Source: Flavobacteriales bacterium UBA6165
Lineage (GTDB): Bacteria > Bacteroidota > Bacteroidia > Flavobacteriales_D > Crocinitomicaceae
Direction: 5' to 3'
Length of the DNA: 64,000 bases
Assembly: GCA_002422285.1 (NCBI GenBank)
Contig: DIUF01000019.1
Location: 5,421 to 69,420, forward strand
Of the stretch, positions 28,101 through 37,300 are shown piece by piece. The position numbers were made by a program, and so were the translations under genes. The notes below the pieces were generated by a model. The model was not told where the DNA came from. It saw nothing but the letters and a program-made list of their open reading frames with translations, and ran no database searches. Positions within the stretch are counted from its first letter, which is position 1. Each line of letters opens with the position of its first letter.

Positions 28101-29355
28101 TGAATTGAATAGATTCCAACACCTCAAAAAAACTTGGAAACGACTTTGCGCAAACCTCAGGGTGGAGCAGGGTCGTTTTATCTTTGGCGCCTAAGGCAAA
28201 AATAGCAGCAGCCATAACAATCCTGTGGTCGTCATGTGGGTCGATTATGGCGCCAGTATAAGAAGTTTGTGGTTCAATGAATAGCGTATCGTTTTCGATG
28301 TTCATTTTTAAGCCAAATTTTGAGAATTCGCTTAATATTACCTCGGCACGATTGCTTTCTTTGCTGAACAAACGATGCACGCCTTTGATGCTAGAAGTTT
28401 CAGTTCCATACGCGGCCAAAACAGCCAAAATGGGAAATAAATCAGGAGCGTTTGTGGCATCAAAATGAAAACTTCGCAAGTCTTTCTTTTTAACGGAGAC
28501 TGAATTTTCTTCGATTATTATTTCAGCACCAAATGATTCTAAAACATGCAAAATGGCTGTGTCGGCTTGTGTGGAATCAATTGAAAGATTTTCAAAAGTG
28601 ATGGAGCCAAACAAAGCAGCCGCAACCATAAAAAATGCAGCGCTGCTCCAATCGCCTTCGATTTGTATTTCGGTTTCTTTCCATTTATAAGGACCATTAA
28701 AATGAATTTGTGAACCATCAAATTTCACGTCGTGACCAAAATCTTGCAAGGTTTGAATGGTCAATTCGATGTAGGGAATACTCGTCGGATTTTCAACGGT
28801 GATTACTTCATTTTTTGTCAAAGGCGAACCCACATAAGCCATGATTAAGCCTGTGATAAATTGAGAGCTTAGAGAACCATTAACGGTTATGTTTTTGGGG
28901 ATTAAAGGTCCACAAACAGTCAGAGGTAATTTTCCATCATCATTTGAAATCTGCACATTCAATTTCGGCAAAATCTCTTCAAAAAAATACATTGGACGAT
29001 TTAAAATGCTCCCATGACCTTGAATGGTGATTGGTTCATGAGTCAAAGCCATCAACGGAGTGAGCATCCGAGAAGCCAAACCTGATTCACTGATGCTGAG
29101 CTGTCTTGAACTGAGCACGGCCATATTAATTCCACGAATCACAAGCTGATTTTCAATTGAACGAATTTCAGCACCACAGACATCAAGAGCTTTCAAGACC
29201 GCCTGCTCGTCATCTGATAATCCAAGGCCAATAATTGTGGTTTCAAAAGGATTCAATAAAGCACAAGCTAGAACACGTTGGGCGTGACTTTTGGAGGCAG
29301 GAATGTCTATTGTTCCAAAAACTTTTTGATTCAAATGGTTTTCTATTTCTTTCAC
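28090..29355 (-). CDS. aroA: 3-phosphoshikimate 1-carboxyvinyltransferase (EPSP synthase)
   Basis: N-terminal block G.IDIPASKSHAQRVL, with internal and C-terminal blocks LFSKESNRAEV and DDHRIVMAAAI. The GTG at 29355 gives the normal spacing before PASKS and avoids a 38-nt overlap with the upstream gene. The track's ATG at 29412 is the alternative. Confidence 0.85.
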   Translation of the reverse strand: MKEIENHLNQKVFGTIDIPASKSHAQRVLACALLNPFETTIIGLGLSDDEQAVLKALDVCGAEIRSIENQLVIRGINMAVLSSRQLSISESGLASRMLTPLMALTHEPITIQGHGSILNRPMYFFEEILPKLNVQISNDDGKLPLTVCGPLIPKNITVNGSLSSQFITGLIMAYVGSPLTKNEVITVENPTSIPYIELTIQTLQDFGHDVKFDGSQIHFNGPYKWKETEIQIEGDWSSAAFFMVAAALFGSITFENLSIDSTQADTAILHVLESFGAEIIIEENSVSVKKKDLRSFHFDATNAPDLFPILAVLAAYGTETSSIKGVHRLFSKESNRAEVILSEFSKFGLKMNIENDTLFIEPQTSYTGAIIDPHDDHRIVMAAAIFALGAKDKTTLLHPEVCAKSFPSFFEVLESIQFIKD

Positions 29356-29374
29356 TTTGCGAAAATAAGAAATC

Positions 29375-30016
29375 CTATATGGCAAACAACCCGAAGAACA
29401 TAACAAAAGCAAGCAAGGTCCAAAGACTGAATGTGAATTGGTGCTTTGAAAAGAATTTTTGGTATATCAAATGAGCCAAGATTGCGACTACAAACCAACC
29501 TACATAATTCTGCAGTGGCACGATGTTATTGTTGAATTCCCAAAAATCGAATTGTGGTGCTACTTGTTCAATGATTAAATCCAAAAGAACCATGAGTATT
29601 GCGCCTATAGTTGAGGCAACAAATAGATTCTTACTGATTTTCTGCGCAATAGAAGCTGTGAGGAATACCAATATCGCCCAGTTTACGCCAATCATCCATG
29701 GCACACCCCATATTTTGGGTCCCAAATTGTTGCCGTATGCATAATCGCCGAAAATCAAACCAAAATTGACACCAAGCCATTCTGCGACCATACCAAAAGC
29801 AAAAGGAATCATAAGCAGCGATAAATCTCTTAAGTTTACTTGTGGTATATTCCAAAGTAAAATACCAAAGCATAAGAACAGGTTTAAAGGTGTTAAGGGC
29901 AGAAACCAGTCTGCGTGTCCGAGCAATATTCCAATAACAGCAGACACGTGAAAGAGCCAAATAACAAAAATGGAAATCTGAAGTTTATATTGAACTAGAA
30001 CTTGATTTAATCTCAT
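29375..30016 (-). CDS. Carotenoid biosynthesis membrane protein (PF04240/CruF-like, putative 1',2'-hydratase)
   Basis: 213-aa polytopic protein, with an ATGA overlap with the CrtI-family gene upstream. The family assignment rests on recalled association and hydrophobic pattern only. Confidence 0.5.
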   Translation of the reverse strand: MRLNQVLVQYKLQISIFVIWLFHVSAVIGILLGHADWFLPLTPLNLFLCFGILLWNIPQVNLRDLSLLMIPFAFGMVAEWLGVNFGLIFGDYAYGNNLGPKIWGVPWMIGVNWAILVFLTASIAQKISKNLFVASTIGAILMVLLDLIIEQVAPQFDFWEFNNNIVPLQNYVGWFVVAILAHLIYQKFFSKHQFTFSLWTLLAFVMFFGLFAI

Positions 30017-31497
30017 TTAACACCTTGTTTTTGAATGATATTGGCTGTAATTTTACCTGAGAGTAGTGCCAGTGGTATTCCGCCGCCTGGATGCACACTT
30101 CCTCCACAAAAATACAGATTTTTTAGGCTTTGAGAGAAATTCGGGTGTCGCAAAAATGCTGCAAATCTGTTGTTGCTCGCCGCTCCATACAGGGAACCCT
30201 GGTAACTCTGTGTTCGAGACTCAATTGTTCTGGGCTCCAAAACATCTTCAGCTTCAATGAAGGGCTCAATATCTGTATTCAAGGCTTTGTTGATGCGCTC
30301 AATGATACGTTTTCTGGCCAAAGGAATCAATTCATCCCAGTTTTGACCTGTATTTCCTGGAACGTTGATCATCACAAACCAGTTTTCGCAGCCCTCTGGA
30401 GCATCTTTTAGCTCGTCTTTTGCGCTGATGTTTATATACACAGTTGGATCACTGGGTATGGTTTTTAGCTTAAATATATCGTTGAACTCATTTTCATAAT
30501 CTTCTGAAAACAAGATGTTATGTAAATCTAATTCAGGGAAATTCTTTTTGATTCCCCAATAAAAAATCAAAGCCGAACTTGAGCGTTCTTGTTTCAATGT
30601 TTTGTCTGGAGCAATCTGTTCTTTGAGTAGTTTGCGGTAAGTAGGAACAACATCCATATTACTTACAACCAAATCACCATTGTAGCGCTCACCATCAACC
30701 ATTAAACCACATGCGGCACTGTGCTCAATGATGATTTTCTCAACTTGCTTTCCGAAATGAAACTGGACGCCAAGTTCATCAGCTAGCTTCCACAAAGCAT
30801 TGGTGATGGAAATCATGCCTCCTTCTGGCACAAATGTTCCGAAGTGTTGCTCCAAATTCGGAATCATGCTCATAATACCCGGAGTCATGTAAGGAGATGA
30901 GCCATTGTATGTGGCATAGCGGTTGAATAGTTGACGGAGATTTTTGTCCTTGAATGACTTTTCATTGTGTTCGTTAAGCGTCGAAAAAACACTTAAATGA
31001 TGCAATTGAGCAATAGCTTTTATTGTTTTGAAATTCAAATAATTACCTAGCTCATGGAGTGAGTTTTCTAAGAAAAGTGGTGCAGTGAGGTCGTATTTCT
31101 TTTTGGCGTTTTTAAAATAGCGATGAATGGCTTTTTTGTCGACGTCAAATGTTTCGCTGGCATGCTTTGCGTACTTGTCGGCGTCACTATAAGCAGTAAA
31201 GCGTTTACCGTCGTGAAAGAAATAATTGCAAACCACATCTTTCTGTTTGTACTTGTAATAATCGCGTGGATTTTTACCAGCCAAATGAAACAATTCATCC
31301 ACAAAATGCGGCATCGTAAACAAAGATGGGCCCGCGTCAAAACGGTAGTTTCCAACTTGAATTTCAGAGAGTTTTCCTCCGGGATAAGGATTGGCCTCAA
31401 AGACCTCAACATCATAGCCGTTTAAACGTAATCTGATTGCCGAAGATAATCCAGCCAATCCGGAACCAATAATTAGTGCTTTGCCTTTCGAGTTCAT
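30013..31497 (-). CDS. Phytoene desaturase family protein (CrtI/CrtD-like carotenoid desaturase)
   Basis: N-terminal FAD fold ALIIGSGLAGLSSA..L...G..V.VFEAN.YPGGK. The C-terminal block LYFCGGSVHPGGGIP is typical of the CrtI family. Confidence 0.8.
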   Translation of the reverse strand: MNSKGKALIIGSGLAGLSSAIRLRLNGYDVEVFEANPYPGGKLSEIQVGNYRFDAGPSLFTMPHFVDELFHLAGKNPRDYYKYKQKDVVCNYFFHDGKRFTAYSDADKYAKHASETFDVDKKAIHRYFKNAKKKYDLTAPLFLENSLHELGNYLNFKTIKAIAQLHHLSVFSTLNEHNEKSFKDKNLRQLFNRYATYNGSSPYMTPGIMSMIPNLEQHFGTFVPEGGMISITNALWKLADELGVQFHFGKQVEKIIIEHSAACGLMVDGERYNGDLVVSNMDVVPTYRKLLKEQIAPDKTLKQERSSSALIFYWGIKKNFPELDLHNILFSEDYENEFNDIFKLKTIPSDPTVYINISAKDELKDAPEGCENWFVMINVPGNTGQNWDELIPLARKRIIERINKALNTDIEPFIEAEDVLEPRTIESRTQSYQGSLYGAASNNRFAAFLRHPNFSQSLKNLYFCGGSVHPGGGIPLALLSGKITANIIQKQGVK

Positions 31498-31544
31498 GGT
31501 CGCAAAAGTAACATTCAGATGTATGATTTGTTTGTGATTTTTGA

Positions 31545-31590
31545 AAATAAAAAAGCCCCTTGATATTCAGGTTTGATTTCCAAGGGGCTT
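31545..31590 (-). terminator. Putative terminator of the TPP-regulated receptor gene
   Basis: The 10-bp arms aagccccttg (31553-31562) and caaggggctt (31581-31590) pair, followed by a U-rich run on the minus strand. The loop is long (18 nt). Confidence 0.5.
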
Positions 31591-31605
31591 TAGAAAAAGA
31601 TATAT

Positions 31606-34053
31606 CTAGAATCTCACTCGGATACTCGCCAAGAAGTTGATACCAGCCTGGGGATAGAAGTAGTTTTCTGTTATGAATTCACCGTCAGCAATATAGCTGA
31701 ATGTGTAACCGTTGTTCTCATAAAAACTGTTCAAAACATTGTTCACCAAAAGGCCAAAATGAATTTCCTTGAAAAACACATTTTCAATCATGTAATTCAC
31801 ACGAATATTGGCATAGGCAAATGGATTGATGATTCTATTTTCATTCTGTGTGTTGTCCAAGTATTGTTTGCCCACATATTTTCCAATTAATGAAACTTCG
31901 AAATTGTTGAATGGCGAATAACTGACACGTCCACCAAAAATCAAACTCGGCGAAAATGCGATATCTGTGTTGGTAAAGCGCTGCTCAACTTGTGACCAAT
32001 CGTCGTAATTATCCACGTACTCTGTCAATTCAAGGATTTTATTTCTACTGAAGGCTGCGTTTCCAACGATATGCCATTGTTTGGAAGGCTTGTAACCTGC
32101 TTCTAATTCCAAACCTGCTCTGTAGCTATGATCAACATTCGTGCGCGTATAGCCACCAACATCGTTAATTTTGCCATTCAACACCAGTTGATCTTTGTAA
32201 TACATGAAATATGCTGTTGTTTTGGCTGTAAACTTCTTTTGTTGAAACAAATAAGCCGCTTCAACATTGTGTAAACGTTCCGCTTTCGGGCGACTATCTG
32301 GCGTGCTCTCCGTAAAGTCTCTACGAACTGGCTCGCGATTGGCTTGTGCATAGGAAGCGTAGAATGAATGTTGGTCGTTTGCTCTGTAGCTAAAACCGGC
32401 TTTAGGATTTAGAAAATGGTAATTCACAACTTGGTCTGTAATTACTTCTTCTTCGAAAACAACGGCTTTTCCTGTAAATCGGAAATCAATGAAGCGGTAG
32501 TGTATTTCACCAAAAAAGTTCCATTTGTTCAACTGATAATTGGCTCTGATGTAGGAGTTTGCCTCTGATTTTACTGCACGGTTGTCATAATATCTGTCGC
32601 GGATTTCGCTCTGAGAAGCAAATCGTGCCCAAATAATCTCACCATAGTGGTCACCTATATATTGATTTGCAGCCGCACCCCAGGTTACCTGAAGTCCTTT
32701 GTCGTTGTCATAAGTCAATCCGTAAACTGCGCCGTAGAAATGATTGTCCAACCACCTGCGACGGATTAAATCAGTGCGATTGACTGTAACGATGTTACCT
32801 GTTTCTAGATTTACAATTTGAATCGGTGTCAAACCATAAGTACTGAATCGGTCGTTGCGTCGGAATTGCTCAAAATAACCCAATCCTCTGGTGTAATGTA
32901 GGGACAATGATTGATTCCAGTTTTTATTTAATCGACCTGTGTAATGCAATTGATAATGAGTTTGTTGGTAGTTGTCTACTTCATTGTCGTAATAGCGAAT
33001 TTCTCCATTGGCATCGGTGTACATACCTGCGCTGTTCATTCGTCTGTTGTTGGCTAAATCCGATTGAGCCACGCCATTCCAAGCTTGGTAGGTTACTTCC
33101 TTACCACTGAAAATATTGAAGCGCAAACTGTGATTTTCTTTCAACCATGCTCCAGAAATATAAAAGGCACGCAAATCAGATGAAGCTCGGTCGATATAGC
33201 CATCGCTGGATATTTTAGACAAACGGGCATCCAAAGAAAATTGATTGTTAATCAAGCCTGTTCCCATGCGGATGGTGTGGCGCAAGGTATTGAACGAACC
33301 TGCAGCATTTTCGATTTCACCATAGGCTTCTCGGTTTACCGTGTTCGTAGTCATGTGGATACCAGCACCAAAGGCAGCACCGCCGTTTGAGGATGTTCCC
33401 ACACCACGCTGCACTTGAATATTGTCCACGGAAGAGACAAAATCCGGCATGTTCACCCAAAAAACACCGTGCGATTCGGAGTCGTTGATTGGAATACCAT
33501 TCACGGTTACATTAGTTCTCGTCGGGTCTGTGCCTCGAATGCGAATCCCCGTGTAGCCGATTCCAGCACCTGCGTCCGAACTCACAACGCTTGATGGAAT
33601 TTCATCCAATAAATAGGGAATATCCTGACCAAAATTCATCTTTTCAATCTGTTCGCGATTGATGTCGTTGAAGGTCATGGGTGTGTTTTCGTTCACGTTA
33701 CTCGCACTTACAATTACCGAGTTGGTCATGAATTCTGGCGCAGACAAACGATAATTTTTCTCAAAATTTTGTTCGCCTGCTTTCACCGTGTCAAGCACAG
33801 ACTGAAAGCCAATTTGCGAGATTTCCAAGACATAAGTTGTGTTGGCGTTGAGTTTGAGTTGATAGCGACCATTCAAATCTGAGGCCGTCATCAAATAGGT
33901 TCCCCGAATCTTCATGCGGGCGCCCAAAACGGGGTTTCCTTGTTCATCGGTGATTTGTCCACTCATGGTCACTTGCGACCATAAAAAATTTGGAACGCTT
34001 AATGCAAGCATCCCGATCAAAGCAAAAATTCTTGTTTTCATGTATTCAAACAT
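31606..34053 (-). CDS. TonB-dependent receptor with N-terminal carboxypeptidase-regulatory-like domain (probable thiamine/thiamine-precursor receptor)
   Basis: Signal peptide, then a CarbopepD_reg-like segment (MSGQITDEQGNPVLGARMKIRG) and a plug domain (GVGTSSNGGAAFGAGIHM). The barrel ends in ...LASIRVRF. A TPP riboswitch lies in the leader. Confidence 0.85.
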   Translation of the reverse strand: MFEYMKTRIFALIGMLALSVPNFLWSQVTMSGQITDEQGNPVLGARMKIRGTYLMTASDLNGRYQLKLNANTTYVLEISQIGFQSVLDTVKAGEQNFEKNYRLSAPEFMTNSVIVSASNVNENTPMTFNDINREQIEKMNFGQDIPYLLDEIPSSVVSSDAGAGIGYTGIRIRGTDPTRTNVTVNGIPINDSESHGVFWVNMPDFVSSVDNIQVQRGVGTSSNGGAAFGAGIHMTTNTVNREAYGEIENAAGSFNTLRHTIRMGTGLINNQFSLDARLSKISSDGYIDRASSDLRAFYISGAWLKENHSLRFNIFSGKEVTYQAWNGVAQSDLANNRRMNSAGMYTDANGEIRYYDNEVDNYQQTHYQLHYTGRLNKNWNQSLSLHYTRGLGYFEQFRRNDRFSTYGLTPIQIVNLETGNIVTVNRTDLIRRRWLDNHFYGAVYGLTYDNDKGLQVTWGAAANQYIGDHYGEIIWARFASQSEIRDRYYDNRAVKSEANSYIRANYQLNKWNFFGEIHYRFIDFRFTGKAVVFEEEVITDQVVNYHFLNPKAGFSYRANDQHSFYASYAQANREPVRRDFTESTPDSRPKAERLHNVEAAYLFQQKKFTAKTTAYFMYYKDQLVLNGKINDVGGYTRTNVDHSYRAGLELEAGYKPSKQWHIVGNAAFSRNKILELTEYVDNYDDWSQVEQRFTNTDIAFSPSLIFGGRVSYSPFNNFEVSLIGKYVGKQYLDNTQNENRIINPFAYANIRVNYMIENVFFKEIHFGLLVNNVLNSFYENNGYTFSYIADGEFITENYFYPQAGINFLASIRVRF

Positions 34054-34103
34054 TTAGACAAGAACTAGGGGCTAATTCCTGGATTTTGGTTAATAATTAG
34101 AAC

Positions 34104-34194
34104 TGTTCACTTTCCCTGCGCCGGCATTATCCGTATCAGGTTCTATGGGTATAATCTCAGCCTCCGCCACGGCGGAAGCACCCCTATGAGACGC
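34104..34194 (-). promoter_or_regulatory. TPP (thiamine pyrophosphate) riboswitch, THI element
   Basis: The minus strand reads cauaGGGGUGCuuccgccguggcggagGCUGAGAuuauACCCauagaACCUGAUacGGAUAAUGCCggcGcAGGGAAagug. This reproduces the conserved cores of the THI box as in E. coli thiM (GGGGUGC, GCUGAGA, ACCC, ACCUGAU, GGAUAAUGCC, GCG.AGGGAA). Confidence 0.92.
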
Positions 34195-34355
34195 GGCAAA
34201 GGTATTGACAAATCAAAACCAAAAAAGATATTTGGGTATTTTTTTTGAAATTTGATTTCAAACAAAGTGTTTATCCAAAGCCAAATTATTTATCAACATT
34301 CTGTATCTCAGCCTAAAAAATCCGTTATTTCATACTCTTAAAACACAGATATAAA

Positions 34356-37300
34356 ATGAGAAAAATTTGCTACTTCTCGGCAGTCGTAATTTGGATGTTC
34401 GGCTTTTGGTCATGTTCCAAAAAATCGCTTAGTGATTTCCTTTCAGATTTCTCCTTGTATGAGGGCTATATTGAATCATTTTCATCGGGTTATGTTTCTG
34501 TTTATGATCCAATAACGGTTACCTTGGCGCAAGATTTATCACCAGATTTGTTGGAAAATGGTCCTCAGAATAAATGGTTCAGTATTTCCCCAAGTGTCGA
34601 TGGTGAAGTGAAGTTTTTAGATGCCAACACCATTCAATTTGTGCCAACGGAAAAACTCAAACAAGACCAAGAATATCGAATTACTTTTCAATTGCACAAG
34701 GTGATGGATGTGCCCAAGGATTTGCGGGAGTTCAGGTTTGCGGTGCACACATACAAACAGGACTTCATCGTCAATATCAATGATATTCAGTCGTATGATC
34801 GCAATTGGCAATATCTGCGTGGTTCAATTGAAACAACTGACCTTATGGAGTTCGAAATTGCTAAACAGTTGGTTACGGCAGAGCAAGAGGGTAAGAAATT
34901 GAATGTGAAAGTGGTTCGTGAAAGTGAATTGAGTCGCTCCTTTAGTTTTGTTATTGACAGCGTTCAGCGTAAAATGGAGGATTCTAAAGTCACCATTTTT
35001 TGGGATGGGAAGCCATTTAAAATTGACAACAAAGACCAAGGAGAATTTGAGGTGCCAGGGAAGAACAATTTTAAAGTTGTTCAAATTGAGGTTGAAAATG
35101 GCGATGAACAATTCTTAAAAATCAATTTTTCTGACCCCATAGATAAAAATCAAAATCTAAAAGGCTTGGTGCGTATTCAAGATGCGTCGAATTTGCGTTA
35201 TTCATCAGAGGGAAATGTTTTGTATGTTTATCTATCTGAGACACTTTCCGGTTCTAAGCTCGTGCAGGTTTTTCAAGGTGTCAAAAGTGTGGATGGCATC
35301 AAAATGAAGGGTGATTACCGCGAAGAAGTGCTTTTTGAAGAACTACTTCCGGGGGTTCGATTGGTGCGCAGCGGGACGTTTTTGCCGTCTTCTCAAAATT
35401 TGAAAATCAATTTTGAGGCTGTAAATGTGAGCGCAGTGGATGTCATGGTTTATCGCATTCATTCGCAAAATATTCTTCAATTTTTGCAAGTGAATAACTA
35501 CGATGAAAATGATGGTTTGTATCGTGTGAGTTCACCAGTGGCTAAAACAACGATTGAATTGAATCATCCTACACCAAAAGCTCACATGCGTTGGAATGCT
35601 TATGCTTTGGATTTGTCAAAAATCATGAAGCCCGAGCCGGGAGCGATTTACAGGGTTGAGCTGTCTATCCGTCCTCAGTATTCGATGTATGAGTGTGCTG
35701 AAGCCTTTCCTAGTTTAGAAACAAAAGACAAACCTTTCAATCCAGCGGATTACGATAAACGTTCACGCTACAACGATTGGGATGGAGACTGGGATGAAGA
35801 TTATTATTGGTACGATTGGAGGGAGCGTGATAATCCTTGTCACATGGCGTATTACTACGACCGCACTGTGGCTACAAATGTTATGGCCACTGATTTGGGT
35901 GTAATTGCCAAAAGAGGGGAGGATGGCTCTTATCTTTTCGCGGTAACTGATTTGATTTCAACGAATCCCGTTGCTGGAGCGAGCATCGAATTATACACTT
36001 TTGATCAGCAATTGGTGCAAACAATTAAAACCAATGGAGAAGGTATAGCTTCTTGGAAAACAGATCGTTATGCCTATTTCGCATTGGTTAAAAAAGACAA
36101 GCAGGTAACTCCCTTAAAATTAGCCGAAAATAGCTCAAACTCTATGTCGGCGTTTGATGTCTCTGGAGATCGTTTGCGCGATGGTATGAATGGCTACATT
36201 TATGGGGAACGTGGGGTTTGGCGTCCCGGTGATACTTTATTCCTTGGTTTTATTTTGAATAATCGACATGCAAATCCAGGGCAGAAACATCCCGTAAAAT
36301 TGAGTATATTCAATGCGCGTGGCATAATGGTGCATCAAGATATTGCCAATCATGCATCATCACAGCACTATAAATTTGTTGTTCCGACTTCTGCTGATGC
36401 CGAAACAGGGAATTGGGAGGCCGTTGTTCAAGTAGGTGGTGCAACGTTCCGAAAAGGAATTTTTATTGAAACGATTAAGCCGAATCGATTGAAACTCAAA
36501 ACAGTGTTCAACAATAAAATTTTGCAAGCCAATACAAAAAACACGGGAAAAATGGAGGTTGCATGGTTGCATGGTGCAATTGCTCAAGATTTGAAAGTTG
36601 ATCTATCCGTGAAATATTCCCGAATGACTACCACATTCAAAGGTTACGACAAATTCAAATTTGATGACCCCGCACGCACTTTTGATGCGGATGAAACCAA
36701 GGTTTTTGAAGGACGACTCAACGACAAAGGCATCGTTTCTTTTGATTTGATTCCAGATTTGGAAGAAGAAGCACCTGGTATGTTGCGCGCTGTATTTATG
36801 GCTCGTGCATTTGAAAAAGGTGGTGATTTTAGTTCGGATGTTTTCAGTACAACGGTTTCGCCTTACAAGCGCTATGTGGGCTTCCGACCAACCAACATGA
36901 ACAAATACGGCTACATGGAAACCGGAGGAAAAAGTACTTTCGAAGTGGTAACCTTAAATCCTGAAGGCAAACCTGTGGCTGTTAAAGACTTACAAGTACG
37001 CGTTTATAAAATCGACTATTATTGGTGGTATGATGCTTCTTCGGATTACTTGTCGCGATATACCTCGAGCAGCACCCACATTCCCTTCAAGTCTTTGAAT
37101 GTGAGTACAAATAGCAGCGGAAAAGGCAATTTCTCTTTTGACGTGAACGAGAATGACTATGGTCGATATTTGGTTCGTGTTTACGACCCTGAACACCGTC
37201 ATGCATCGGGCGAAATTTTGTATTTCAGCTGGCCTGCACACCGCGCTATGGGGCGAACTCGAAAAAATGAATCTGACGAAGCGACCAAATTGGTGTTCTT

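Noticed and set aside
34246-34260. Palindrome tgaaat-ttg-atttca in the divergent region between the TPP-regulated receptor and the alpha-2-macroglobulin gene.
   Set aside because: A 6-bp-arm palindrome in AT-rich DNA is weak evidence for an operator. I mention it under the A2M finding but do not annotate it.
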